Source of the DNA: Nitrospinaceae bacterium
GTDB taxonomy: Bacteria > UBA8248
DNA: 64,000 bases
Assembly (NCBI GenBank): GCA_018669005.1
Contig: JABJAL010000103.1
Span: 42,931-106,930 of the forward strand
Direction of reading: 5' to 3'
Part shown: positions 33,510 to 42,636 of the stretch, piece after piece
Layout of the letters: every line of letters starts with the position of its first letter
How positions within the stretch are numbered: the stretch's first letter is position 1
Notes under the pieces: model-generated
What the model was told of the DNA's origin: nothing
What the model saw: the letters and a program-made list of their open reading frames with translations, nothing else
Databases searched by the model: none
Position numbers and translations under genes: made by a program

Positions 33510-34406
33510 TTATCTACCTGAAATAATTCCGAACGCGCCGGCGACGGCCAGAATGCCCCCGAACACGATACGGCGATTGATGAGTTCTTGTTTTCTGAAA
33601 AACAACCACGAGAAGAAAATTACAAGAAGCACAGACAGGCGGTTGAGAGGCACCACCCGGACGAGGTCGCCATATTTCATCGCACCCCAGAGGGTAATTG
33701 AGGCGAATCCGTTGAGAACTGAACCAAAGCATATTGCCAGAAGTGGTCTTTTTTCAAGAGTTTTCCACTTGACCCCATCGGTCAGAAATAAAAGGCCGGT
33801 CGTAAAGAATATGGCGGTCATACTGGCGGAGAGCATGCCGAAGGCGGGCGAGGGAATTATGAGAAGACCGCGCTTCACACTCATGTGGGCGAAGGAGAAG
33901 GACAATGTCATTACGAGAGGGACGAGGTAGTAGCGTAGCGGAAAATTCTTCTTTGCCTCTCCTTTGTCGAGGACGAGCAGAATCGAGCCGCACATGATGC
34001 CGATGGTTCCAGCCGCGATGGAGAAAGTCATCCGCTCGCCCAGGAACACGACTGCAGGCACCGCTGACCAGATTAATACGGTTTGCGCCATTACGGCGGA
34101 GCGGGCCATTCCGAGTAGCTTGATGGAAACCATGAGCATGAAGCGCCCAAAGAAAGTTCCGAAAACACCCACCGAGATAAACCAGAGTAGGCCTTCGAGC
34201 GGCCACTTCTCCAAGCCCCCTTCGGATTGGTAAACCAACAGGGCGATGGCTGTGCTGATCAGGGCGAGGATGAAATTCGATAGGGCTGGGGTGACTTTCG
34301 CGAGGCCCGAGGTGTAAAAAACGCGTGCTACCGCAATGAAAAGCGCTGACAAAATTGCCAGAAAATCAGGGTTCCATGAATCGAGCAACGGTATTACCTC
34401 TAGCAT
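33510..34406 (-). CDS. EamA/DMT family transporter
   Basis: About ten TM segments. It is a paralogue of the ORFs at 59536 and 60452, sharing the C-terminal VPLNRLSVLLVIFFSWLFFRKQE. Confidence 0.75.
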   Translation of the reverse strand: MLEVIPLLDSWNPDFLAILSALFIAVARVFYTSGLAKVTPALSNFILALISTAIALLVYQSEGGLEKWPLEGLLWFISVGVFGTFFGRFMLMVSIKLLGMARSAVMAQTVLIWSAVPAVVFLGERMTFSIAAGTIGIMCGSILLVLDKGEAKKNFPLRYYLVPLVMTLSFSFAHMSVKRGLLIIPSPAFGMLSASMTAIFFTTGLLFLTDGVKWKTLEKRPLLAICFGSVLNGFASITLWGAMKYGDLVRVVPLNRLSVLLVIFFSWLFFRKQELINRRIVFGGILAVAGAFGIISGR

Positions 34407-34560
34407 AAATTCATAATTGATTAGGTGGGCATTCTAGAACAATTGTGCGAATTTTGTTTAGTTCAGTAGTGAAAGGGTGACGTAAACTCCAGTTCTCCAT
34501 TATAATAAATATTCATTTGATGTTCATGCTGACACTTTCTTTTACTCAAGGAGAATTTTA

Positions 34561-34986
34561 ATGCCAGTTTATAAGATTTTCGAGATGGACAAGCACAAAG
34601 AGGAAGCATCGCCAGAGGGCGACATACAGCGGGTCAAGGGCGACCTGATGAAGGCGGGAATCGTGATGTATCCCAAGGGCAAGGGCGCGCCGCCACATTC
34701 ACATCCGAACGATGAGCAGTTCAATCTGATCTTGGAGGGACGCCGGGTGATGATTCTCGATGGTGTGGTGACCGAGGTTGGCGCCGGCGACCTGATTCAT
34801 ATTCAACGCAATTCTGTCCACGGCGCTGGCCGCTCACTGGATGAAAAGTGTGTTTTCTTTGCAGTGAAAAGCCCGGCCGGCACCGGGGTCATGGGCGAGG
34901 ACTATCAGGCGGTGGATAACGCTGATGATCTTATCCGCATGGTGGACGAAAGAGTGGCCGAGATAGAGGCTGAGGAGGGAAGTTAG
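34561..34986 (+). CDS. Cupin domain protein (HSHPN(D/E)EQ subgroup)
   Basis: Motifs GAPPHSHPNDEQFNLILEG and IHIQRNSVHGA. Confidence 0.75.
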   Translation: MPVYKIFEMDKHKEEASPEGDIQRVKGDLMKAGIVMYPKGKGAPPHSHPNDEQFNLILEGRRVMILDGVVTEVGAGDLIHIQRNSVHGAGRSLDEKCVFFAVKSPAGTGVMGEDYQAVDNADDLIRMVDERVAEIEAEEGS

Positions 34987-35015
34987 CCTAATAACATTCA
35001 GCGGGAGGATTAGAG

Positions 35016-35435
35016 TTGAGTGAAGCCGAGGGCGTCCCTAAAAAATATGAGGTGTCTGTTCAGGCGATGGATGAGCAGTGCACCAAAGCGAGCGGCGACT
35101 ACGATGATTTAACCCAGATGGGTGAGATGGATACAGAGGGGATAGCGGCGCTTTTGGATAAATTTCACCGACTCCCTTATCCTCAGCCGGAGCTGCCCGA
35201 TGATCATTGTCAGCCGCAGATTCTTGTTTCACGAGATGATCAGTGGCTCTCATTTATTCATGACGGAGGCAGGCTCCTGGAGTGTCAGACCGATACGCAT
35301 GTGAATTCCGAGGAGGGAGCTGCTCTGGTGGCGCGCTACTTTGCATCCATAAAGCCTCGCGAAAAGATTTGGCATTCTCTTAAATTTTCAGGAAAGGTCG
35401 GGCGGGTTATCGATTTTTTTCGGACTGTCCGGTAA
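35016..35435 (+). CDS. Hypothetical protein
   Basis: TTG start follows GGAGGA. 139 aa, acidic N-terminal half. No recognisable motif. Confidence 0.45.
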   Translation: MSEAEGVPKKYEVSVQAMDEQCTKASGDYDDLTQMGEMDTEGIAALLDKFHRLPYPQPELPDDHCQPQILVSRDDQWLSFIHDGGRLLECQTDTHVNSEEGAALVARYFASIKPREKIWHSLKFSGKVGRVIDFFRTVR

Positions 35436-35459
35436 ATTCTTGAGAATGTAAGAAGAAAC

Positions 35460-35951
35460 TCAGTCGTCGCCCTCGGCATATTCCTCAAAGGTGTAGAACA
35501 GCCCGTCAACAACACGGGCAGCCCGATCATCCACACCTTCTTCATCTAGAGTCAGATCGATGGCATAGCGAAACACGTCGTCGTGGTAGTGCTCTACCTT
35601 GTGTTCTGCATCCTCCTCGCCGGCCTCTTCCATGCCGTCGTAAATAAAATCGTCAATCGGATCCTTGCTGTCGAGAATAGCGTGTTCGATGTCTTCGTTG
35701 ACGGTTCGATTTGAAGTGGCGAAGCTGATGCGGAGCTTGTTTTCTGGTTCATTTTTTTCTGCTTCGAACCAACACTCATCGTTAAATCTGAGCCGAATAA
35801 TTTTACCCGCCGGATCGGGCTCCATCGTAAACCGGTCGTCTGCCGCGTAACGTTTGATCATTCCCGTAATAATATCGGCCACGTTGTAGCCTCCATAGCG
35901 TTTTAAAAATTTCATAGATGTCACAGGGTATGCAGCGCGAGGGAGCGCCAC
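35460..35951 (-). CDS. Hypothetical acidic protein
   Basis: 163 aa from GTG 35951; ATG 35915 (MKFLKRYGG) is an alternative start. Strongly acidic C-terminal half. No recognisable motif. Confidence 0.5.
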   Translation of the reverse strand: MALPRAAYPVTSMKFLKRYGGYNVADIITGMIKRYAADDRFTMEPDPAGKIIRLRFNDECWFEAEKNEPENKLRISFATSNRTVNEDIEHAILDSKDPIDDFIYDGMEEAGEEDAEHKVEHYHDDVFRYAIDLTLDEEGVDDRAARVVDGLFYTFEEYAEGDD

Positions 35952-36097
35952 TCAACCTTGAAGGTGGCGCTAATATAGCGCGAAGTGGGACGGCGCTCCA
36001 GAGGAAACTGGAATTAAAAAAAAGATAAAAGTATCTAGATAGATTGGGTTTTGCGACCCGGCGCAGCCCTGTCCTTGTGGTGAGGTTTGGTGTTTCG

Positions 36098-36490
36098 TTA
36101 TGCCACCGGAGGCTCAATGTATACCTCCTGCGCCTCCTCAATATTGCTCACTCCGATGTAGGTAAAAATCACAAAATCGGATTCGTCCCCGACATTTTCG
36201 AAGCAATAGATCTCCCCTTTGTGTACATAGGCGAAATCCTCGGCCGAAAAATCCATCTCCTCAAGCTGATGATCAGGGCCAACGAGGAGGCGGCCCTGGC
36301 CCCTCACCTTGTACATCGCCAAATCGGCGTTGACGTTAAAGTGGCGGCGGGTTCTACCTTTAGGAGGAATGGAGAAATTCCCCATTACGAAACCGGGATT
36401 TTCCACAATTTGATCGCTAATGCCGATTCGGGTGGTGGCCGGTACCGCGCAATCGAGGTTGTCTGTGTAGTCTCTGGAAATCGTTGACAT
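36098..36490 (-). CDS. Cupin domain protein
   Basis: ATG 36490 lies 8 nt after AGGAG. It is related to the two downstream-listed cupins (PPKGRTRRHFNVNADLAMYKVRG, VHKGEIYCFEN). Confidence 0.7.
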   Translation of the reverse strand: MSTISRDYTDNLDCAVPATTRIGISDQIVENPGFVMGNFSIPPKGRTRRHFNVNADLAMYKVRGQGRLLVGPDHQLEEMDFSAEDFAYVHKGEIYCFENVGDESDFVIFTYIGVSNIEEAQEVYIEPPVA

Positions 36491-36562
36491 TTCGTTATCT
36501 CCTGACAATATTTTTTATCATCGAATATAAAAATTCGTCCAATCTATGGGGCTGCCCGTACT

Positions 36563-36958
36563 TTATTTGTGCGGTGGTTCGATGAAAACAGTCCCAGCCT
36601 CTTTAAGTGAGCCGACGCCGGAATAGCAAAAAATAAGCTCCGTGAACTCGCCGCAGCCAATGGCGCTGTGTATCTCGCCCTTGGGGATGAAATTAAAATC
36701 TCCCGGGATAAAATCCTGCTCGGTGGTTTCGTGTTCTGGTCCGATGAGAAGGCGCACAGGCCCTTTTATTCGGTATTGTCCAGTGTTGCAGTGGTTGTGG
36801 TAGTGACGCTGGTTTTTTACATCAGGATTTGAGCGCGTAAGGCCCATGACAATTTTGGCGCCTTTTACCGTTTCCTCATTAATGCCGAAAAAAATTCCGC
36901 ATGGCGGTTCATATTTCGTATTTACCTTGATGTCTTTCAAGTGAATTACCGTTGCCAT
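36563..36958 (-). CDS. Cupin domain protein (tandem paralogue 1)
   Basis: MATVIHLKDIKVNTKYEPPCGIFFGINEETVKGAKIVMGLTRS...QRHYHNHC...IPKGEIHSA. Confidence 0.75.
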   Translation of the reverse strand: MATVIHLKDIKVNTKYEPPCGIFFGINEETVKGAKIVMGLTRSNPDVKNQRHYHNHCNTGQYRIKGPVRLLIGPEHETTEQDFIPGDFNFIPKGEIHSAIGCGEFTELIFCYSGVGSLKEAGTVFIEPPHK

Positions 36959-36970
36959 TTAAATCTCCGT

Positions 36971-37390
36971 TTACGAAGTTGGCGGCTGTGTTGGCGCCTG
37001 CCTAGGTGGTTCGATAAACACCGTCCCGGTTTCCTCAAGGGAGCCGGCTCCAGGATAACAAAATATCAGTTCGTTAGATTCTCCAGTGCCCTTGGCACTG
37101 TGTAATTCGCCCTTGGGAATATAATGAAAATCCCCAGGCAAGAAATCCTTTTCACTGGTTTCATAAAATGCGCCGCTCATCAACTTGTCACTTCCCTTGA
37201 TTTTGTACTGGCCTACTTTACAATTGTTGTGATAGTGGCGCTGGTTTCTCATGTCGGGGCCCGAGCGTGTAAGGCCCATGACAATCTTGGCCCCTTTTAC
37301 GGTTTCCTTGTTAATGCCGAAAAAAATACCACAAGGCGGCTCATAGGTGGTGTTGGCCATGATGTCTTTTAAATGGATAACTGTAGCCAA
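36971..37390 (-). CDS. Cupin domain protein (tandem paralogue 2)
   Basis: The start is taken at TTG 37390, 8 nt after AAGGAG, giving (M)ATVIHLKDIMANTTYEPPCGIFFGINKETVKGAKIVMGLTRS. This is collinear with the neighbour; the track's longer N-terminus is unlikely. Confidence 0.75.
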   Translation of the reverse strand: MATVIHLKDIMANTTYEPPCGIFFGINKETVKGAKIVMGLTRSGPDMRNQRHYHNNCKVGQYKIKGSDKLMSGAFYETSEKDFLPGDFHYIPKGELHSAKGTGESNELIFCYPGAGSLEETGTVFIEPPRQAPTQPPTS

Positions 37391-37533
37391 GATGTTTTCT
37401 CCTTCAATTTGGGTTTGCCCGTATGTTTTGTAGGTAATTTTAATATAACATAACGAGTATCCATGCCCCACTAACTATCCGCCGAAGGCGGGTTCGAAAT
37501 GTATTAACCTACTAGCGAATGGGAGGATTACCG

Positions 37534-37986
37534 ATGGCGGAGCGACCCACCGAGATGGATGAATTTTTATGTGAGCCCCGCATGGCCCGTATTGCTACCG
37601 TGAAAAAGAATGGCACCGTCCATATGGTGCCGGTGGTTTATATTTTCAACCCCGAGGACGGTTCTTTTTTTGTCAGCACTGGTGCAGATTCACTCACGGT
37701 ACGGAATTTAAAAAAGAACCCTTCTATTACCATTTGCGTGGATGACGATGAACATCCATTTCGAGCGGTGATTGTCGAGGGCGAGCCGGAGATATCAGAG
37801 CCCTTGGGAAAGGATCACGAAGGGCTCAAAAGGATTGTTGACCACTATTATCGCCCAGGCATGTGGGAGGAGTGGGAAAAATCGTCCTCAGCGGAGAAGA
37901 TTCGTATCCGGCTGACCCTGAAACCGAGAAGTTGGAAATGGTGGAATCAACGACTTGGGACCAAAGGGTCTGTTCGAGTCGGCTAA
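37534..37986 (+). CDS. Pyridoxamine 5'-phosphate oxidase (PPOX) family / F420- or FMN-binding split-barrel protein
   Basis: ATG 37534 follows GGGAGGA. The sequence LCEPRMARIATVKKNGTVHMVPVVYIF is typical of PPOX-class proteins. Confidence 0.65.
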   Translation: MAERPTEMDEFLCEPRMARIATVKKNGTVHMVPVVYIFNPEDGSFFVSTGADSLTVRNLKKNPSITICVDDDEHPFRAVIVEGEPEISEPLGKDHEGLKRIVDHYYRPGMWEEWEKSSSAEKIRIRLTLKPRSWKWWNQRLGTKGSVRVG

Positions 37987-38000
37987 ATTGGGAGGATGAA

Positions 38001-38993
38001 ATGGCAGCGGAGCAGATGAAAGTTCTTCAGATAGATGCGCACGGGGGCCCCGAGGTGATGCATCTTGCCGAGGTCTCTGTCCCTGAACCGGGGGCGGATG
38101 AAGTGCAGGTGAAGATGGAGGCATGCGGTCTCAATTTTTCAGATATCATGGCACGCGAAGGGCGCTATCTCAGAAAAATATCTTTGCCCCACATACTTGG
38201 TCATGAAATTTGCGGTGTCATAGAAAAAATCGGTCAGGGTGTTGAAGGTTGGAGTGTGGGCCAGCGGGTCTTGGCGACTACGCAATCGGGCGGTGGCTTG
38301 GCTGAGTATGTCGTTGTTTCAGAAACGAATCTGATGCTATGCCCCGATGAGCTTACTCCGCCTCAAGGGGCTGCGCTCCTTGTTCAAGGGCTTACATCGG
38401 TGATGATGATCGACAATGCCGCTAGTGTAGTGGCCGGGGAAACAGTTGTTGTCCACGCGGCGGCGGGCGGCGTGGGTACGCTCGTTGTTCAGATTGCACG
38501 CGCAAAAGGAGCGCGGGTAATTGGAACCGCCTCAAGCAATTTGAAGTGTCGCCTTATTGAAGAGTTGGGTGCAGTAGCAATTAATTATAGTGAAACCGAT
38601 TGGGTAAAAGAGGTTCTTGCACTGACGGAGGGCAAGGGGGCTGAGGTGATTTTTGAATCCGTGGGTGGTGAGGTTCTAGCCCGTTCCTATCGAGAGGCGC
38701 TGGCTGACTTTGGACGCCTCGTAGTCTACGGGGTCGCAAGCGGCGATGTCGTAAATTTTGACAACTACGAAGTTCTTGCTTCGAACAAATCGTTGATTGG
38801 TTTTTGGCTTGGTCCCCACCTGGTGGGTCATCCTGATCGGGTCATCGCGGCTAAACAACGCCTTGTGGACATGGTTCAGAGGGAAGAAATTCGTCTTATT
38901 GTAGAGAAAACTTTTCCTCATGAGCGGGCGGTAGACGCCTTCGAGCATTTGCAGGGACGAAAAAGCATGGGCAAGGTCGTTGTCACGGCCTGA
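38001..38993 (+). CDS. NADPH:quinone oxidoreductase / zinc-type alcohol dehydrogenase superfamily (MDR)
   Basis: ATG 38001 lies 4 nt after GGAGGA. Motifs MKVLQIDAHGGPEVM and VHAAAGGVGTLVVQIAR, with GKVVV at the C-terminus. Confidence 0.85.
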   Translation: MAAEQMKVLQIDAHGGPEVMHLAEVSVPEPGADEVQVKMEACGLNFSDIMAREGRYLRKISLPHILGHEICGVIEKIGQGVEGWSVGQRVLATTQSGGGLAEYVVVSETNLMLCPDELTPPQGAALLVQGLTSVMMIDNAASVVAGETVVVHAAAGGVGTLVVQIARAKGARVIGTASSNLKCRLIEELGAVAINYSETDWVKEVLALTEGKGAEVIFESVGGEVLARSYREALADFGRLVVYGVASGDVVNFDNYEVLASNKSLIGFWLGPHLVGHPDRVIAAKQRLVDMVQREEIRLIVEKTFPHERAVDAFEHLQGRKSMGKVVVTA

Positions 38994-39013
38994 GAGGGCT
39001 GACTCTGAGATTT

Positions 39014-39056
39014 TTTCGACCGGGGAGGCAGACGATGCTCGCCTCCCCGGTCGAAA
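39014..39056. terminator. Bidirectional terminator-like hairpin
   Basis: 16-bp perfect stem TTTCGACCGGGGAGGC / GCCTCCCCGGTCGAAA with an 11-nt loop, between convergent genes. Confidence 0.7.
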
Positions 39057-39062
39057 CAGAAT

Positions 39063-39797
39063 CTATTTTACCGGGTTGCCCTGGATTCCCCAAGAAGTGT
39101 CCTTCGCGGTGACGAATACATAGTCTTCACTGCCCACCACTTCACCCGAGTGAATCGCATTCGGGGGTATGTGGGCGATGTCGTCTGCGACGAGGGTGCT
39201 TTCGTCCCCATCGATATTCATGTGAAAACTTCCACTTAAAACGATGACCATCTGCTCGTTCGGATGGCTATGGGGAGCGGCTTTTGTCCCCGCGGGAATG
39301 CTGAGCTTACCGAAGATGACGCGCTCGCCCTCGATCCACGCGCCGTGGGTATCGGCGTAGGCCTCGCCCGCCTTGCGGTCTTCCATTTCTTTGACACTGT
39401 AAAAATGCTGGACGGCGTCCGGTCCGCCCTGCCGGGCTGCTTCCTCCGGGGTGGCAAGATTGCCCTGAATGCCCCAGGCGGTGTCCTTGGCCGTAATAAA
39501 GCTGAAGTCCTCGCCCTCTAGTACTTTTGCCGAATGGATGGCGTTGGGGGGGCGGTAGCTGAAGTCGTCCGCGACGAGGGTCTTCTTGTCTCCCTCGACA
39601 TCCATTTGGACCTGACCACCCAGGACGAGGCTGATTTGCTCGTTTGGATGTGAGTGGGCCTTGGAGTGGGTGCCCGCTGGGATTTTAAGTTTTCCAAAGA
39701 TGAGGCGCTCGCCCTCTACCCAAGAGCCGTTTGTGGGGGCGTAGGCTTCACCGGCTAGGCCGACCTCCATTTCGCTGATCTTATAATAGTGCTGCAT
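39063..39797 (-). CDS. Bicupin protein (two HSHPNEQ-type cupin modules)
   Basis: Both halves contain EGER(L/V)IFGKL(K/S)IPAGT..HSHPNEQ...PPNAIHS...TAKDT(A/S)WGIQGN. Confidence 0.8.
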   Translation of the reverse strand: MQHYYKISEMEVGLAGEAYAPTNGSWVEGERLIFGKLKIPAGTHSKAHSHPNEQISLVLGGQVQMDVEGDKKTLVADDFSYRPPNAIHSAKVLEGEDFSFITAKDTAWGIQGNLATPEEAARQGGPDAVQHFYSVKEMEDRKAGEAYADTHGAWIEGERVIFGKLSIPAGTKAAPHSHPNEQMVIVLSGSFHMNIDGDESTLVADDIAHIPPNAIHSGEVVGSEDYVFVTAKDTSWGIQGNPVK

Positions 39798-39869
39798 CGG
39801 ATGATCTCCCCTATATCGAATATTTGGCGGACGCTAAAAGATCGTCTCGCCGGTTGTTAGATTCTATGC

Positions 39870-40391
39870 CTACCGCGATTTTTTCTTCGCGGTTTTTCGT
39901 TTCGTTGCCTTTTTAGCTGTTTTTTTCTTGACCACCTTCCGGGCTGTTGTTTTTTTTGCCACTTTTTTCTTGGTGGTCTTTTTGGCTGCTTTTTTCTTTG
40001 TAATTTTTTTTGCCTTGGGCTTTGCGCCTCCTTGTTTGATTCCGTGAATTCCCCACGAGGCGTCTTTTGTTGTGATGAAGATATGGTCTTCATCACCCAG
40101 TACAGTTGCGCTGTGTATCGCGTTTGCGGGTGTGTGGATAATGTCCCCGCGTTTTGCGATTTTTACTTTGCCGTTGATGGTCATGCGAACGCGGCCTTGG
40201 AGGACATAGCTGAACTGCTCGTTCGGATGGCTATGGGGCTCAGCTTTTGTTCCGGCGGGAATCGTGATTTTGCCGAAAATCAGACGCTCGCCCTCGATGA
40301 AGGGACCGTGCGCCGTGGAGTAGTCACCCCCGGCGTGGCGCGCCTTCATGGTCTTCGTGTTGTGAACGTATGATTTATATCTTTTTACCAT
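39870..40391 (-). CDS. Cupin protein with Lys/Ala/Thr-rich histone-H1-like C-terminal tail
   Basis: ATG 40391 lies 5 nt after GAGGAA. It has the same cupin module as the bicupin (EGERLIFGKITIPAGTKAEPHSHPNEQ), then GGAKPKAKKITKKKAAKKTTKKKVAKKTTARKVVKKKTAKKATKRKTAKKKSR. Confidence 0.75.
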   Translation of the reverse strand: MVKRYKSYVHNTKTMKARHAGGDYSTAHGPFIEGERLIFGKITIPAGTKAEPHSHPNEQFSYVLQGRVRMTINGKVKIAKRGDIIHTPANAIHSATVLGDEDHIFITTKDASWGIHGIKQGGAKPKAKKITKKKAAKKTTKKKVAKKTTARKVVKKKTAKKATKRKTAKKKSR

Positions 40392-40418
40392 TGAATTTCC
40401 TCGTTGAAATGCCGGCAG

Positions 40419-40450
40419 AAAAAAGGGGCCTCCCCGTATGGGAAGGCCCC
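40419..40450 (-). terminator. Rho-independent terminator after tctC
   Basis: Minus-strand GGGGCCT-tcccatacgggg-AGGCCCC followed by T6. Confidence 0.7.
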
Positions 40451-40467
40451 TTTGATATCCTGGCGGT

Positions 40468-41436
40468 TTATTTGCCGGTAATCGATTTGATGAGCGTGGT
40501 GTATTCTTTGTATCGCTGGGGGCGGGTCTTGTCGTACTCCTCACCCTTCACGAAAGTAACGCTCTCGCCGATGCTGCGCATGAAGCGCTTGAAGGATTTG
40601 TTCTTCATCAACTTCACGAAGGCAAGACGTAGCTTAGTGAGATGATCCGCCGGGATTTTGGACGGCGCCATGAAGATTCGCTCCATCTGAAAGCTGACGG
40701 ATTTATATCCGATCTCGGCCGCTGTTGGGACGTTCCTGAATACGGGATCCTTCGAGAGGCGCTTGTCACCCGTGATCACGAGGGCCCGAATCTTACCCGC
40801 TTTGGCGTGTGAGCGGGCCTGGGTGGGGAACGCCATTCCCACGTCGTCCTGGCCCGAGAGCAGGGCGCGAAGCGCGGGACCGCCGCCCTTATGGGGGATG
40901 AAGTTGACCTTGATTCCGGCGGCCTTCACCAGCTGCATCGAGGGTATGTGTCCGGCACCCCAAACGCCGCTGTGGCCCCAATTGATCTTTCCGGGATTTT
41001 TCTTCGCGTAGGCGATGAGCTCTTTCATGTTCTTCCAGGGCTTGTTGGTCAGAGAGATAAACATCGGCTGCGCATGGTTGATCTTGGCGATGGTCTTGAA
41101 ATCTTTCAGGGTGTTGAAGGGGACTTTACGCGTCTGCGGCACTATCATATCGAATTGATTTGCCGAAAAAAGAATGGTGTAGCCGTCCGGTTTTGCCTTG
41201 GCGACATATCCCGTTCCCTTCATGGCGGCGCCGCCGGGCAGTAGCTTGACGATCATCGGCTGGCCCAGGATGTCGGCGATGATGCTCGTGATGCCGCGTG
41301 CGTGTAGGTCGTGGCTTCCGCCCGCGCCCACCGGTAGGACGAGCGTAATTGGCCGATTTGGGTACTCGTCAGCCGAGGCGGCCAGAGGCGGTGCCAAAAG
41401 GGCAATCGCGAACAAAAAGACAAAAAATCGTTTCAT
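40468..41436 (-). CDS. tctC: Tripartite tricarboxylate transporter substrate-binding protein (Bug/TctC family)
   Basis: Signal peptide followed by YPNRPITLVLPVGAGGSHDLHARG, the hallmark N-terminal motif of the family. 322 aa. Confidence 0.85.
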   Translation of the reverse strand: MKRFFVFLFAIALLAPPLAASADEYPNRPITLVLPVGAGGSHDLHARGITSIIADILGQPMIVKLLPGGAAMKGTGYVAKAKPDGYTILFSANQFDMIVPQTRKVPFNTLKDFKTIAKINHAQPMFISLTNKPWKNMKELIAYAKKNPGKINWGHSGVWGAGHIPSMQLVKAAGIKVNFIPHKGGGPALRALLSGQDDVGMAFPTQARSHAKAGKIRALVITGDKRLSKDPVFRNVPTAAEIGYKSVSFQMERIFMAPSKIPADHLTKLRLAFVKLMKNKSFKRFMRSIGESVTFVKGEEYDKTRPQRYKEYTTLIKSITGK

Positions 41437-41573
41437 GGCGTTTCTCCTTCTCTCTGGATGGTGCCCCTATTTCTTTTCGGCAAATCACAAGTTCAAGCCA
41501 ACAAGGGGCGGAAAAAACAAGGGCGATCTAAAAGAGCACCCTGAAAATTAGTTAATAAGCCTATCCTAACAGA

Positions 41574-41617
41574 AAAAGCTCCCGGTCCGTATCTAAATTA
41601 ACGGACCGGGAGCTTTT
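41574..41617 (-). terminator. Terminator hairpin between the two tctC paralogues
   Basis: Perfect 17-bp inverted repeat AAAAGCTCCCGGTCCGT / ACGGACCGGGAGCTTTT with a 10-nt loop and A/T-rich flanks. Confidence 0.75.
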
Positions 41618-41638
41618 ATTTTCAAGGAATTCGGTGTT

Positions 41639-42616
41639 TTATTTTCCCGTTATCGCCTTGATGAGCGCGGTGTATTCCTTGTATCTCGTGGGCCGGGTTT
41701 TGTCATAATCGACGCCAGTCATGTAGTTCGTGGGCATTCCAATGCTTCTCATGAAGCGTTTGAAGGATTTGTTCTTCATCAGCTTGGCAAAGGCATCCTG
41801 CAGGTATTTCATCCGTTTGGCCGAAATTCCCGAGGGGGCCATGAAAATGCGGTCCATCCGGAATCCGGTGTTGGGGTAGCCAAGCTCGGTCCACGAGGGA
41901 ACGTGCCCAAAGTCAGGGTCGTTCTTGTAGCGGTCCGGGCCCATGACGGCCAGGGGACGCACTTTACCACCCTTGAAGTTCGGTCGGCACTGCGTCGTCT
42001 GGCACGAGCCGATGTCGAGGCGCCCGGCTAGTGTGGCGCGAAGCAGCGGGCCGCCGCCCTTATGCGGGATAAGGTTAACTTTGATTCCGGCAGCTTTCAG
42101 GATTTGCACCGTGCTCGTGTAGGAACTTCCCCAAACGCCGCTGTGGCCCCAGTTGAGCTTTCCAGGGTTTTTCTTCGCATAATCGACAACTTGTTTGAAG
42201 GTCTTGAAAGGTGATTTGGAGTTGACGGCGATCATGCCGTCAGAGTGATTGATTTTCCAAATGGTCTTAAACGCAGTCTGCGTATTGACTGGTACTTTCC
42301 GGGTCTGCGGCACGATCATGTCAATGCCGTTGTGCGTGAAGAGAACGGTGTAACCGTCTGGCTTCGATTTGGCGACAAAGCTGGTGGCTTTCATTCCGGC
42401 CCCACCCGGCAGGAGTTTCACGATCATGGGCTGGCCAATGATATCGGTCATGATGCTGGTGATGCCGCGAGCGTGAAGATCGTGGCTCCCGCCAGCGCCG
42501 AACGGAATTACGACGACTATGGGGCGGTCAGGATACGCCGCCGAGGCACCGGTGTTCATCATTGGCGAAAGGAATATCGCCAGTGCAGCCATGAGAATTA
42601 TGATCTTGTGTTTCAT
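41639..42616 (-). CDS. tctC: Tripartite tricarboxylate transporter substrate-binding protein (Bug/TctC family), paralogue
   Basis: Signal peptide followed by YPDRPIVVVIPFGAGGSHDLHARG. The C-terminal FKRFMRSIG...YDKTRPTRYKEYTALIKAITGK is near-identical to the neighbour. Confidence 0.85.
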   Translation of the reverse strand: MKHKIIILMAALAIFLSPMMNTGASAAYPDRPIVVVIPFGAGGSHDLHARGITSIMTDIIGQPMIVKLLPGGAGMKATSFVAKSKPDGYTVLFTHNGIDMIVPQTRKVPVNTQTAFKTIWKINHSDGMIAVNSKSPFKTFKQVVDYAKKNPGKLNWGHSGVWGSSYTSTVQILKAAGIKVNLIPHKGGGPLLRATLAGRLDIGSCQTTQCRPNFKGGKVRPLAVMGPDRYKNDPDFGHVPSWTELGYPNTGFRMDRIFMAPSGISAKRMKYLQDAFAKLMKNKSFKRFMRSIGMPTNYMTGVDYDKTRPTRYKEYTALIKAITGK

Positions 42617-42636
42617 GATATTTCTCCCCTTTTCTA

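Noticed and set aside
37480-37500. tRNA-like T-loop string GGCGGGTTCGAAAT
   Set aside because: No complementary T-stem 3' half follows (CCCGCC is absent), and there is no acceptor or anticodon arm context. It lies in a promoter region.
37863-38000. N-terminal 46-aa extension of the quinone oxidoreductase ORF
   Set aside because: It overlaps the end of the PPOX-family gene. ATG 38001 has a perfect GGAGGA SD and gives the canonical MDR N-terminus.
40392-40544. 51-aa N-terminal extension of the cupin-KAKK ORF, and the 79-aa ORF 39857-40096
   Set aside because: The extension runs through a terminator hairpin and overlaps the tctC stop. The 79-aa ORF is an off-frame reading of the Lys-rich tail.
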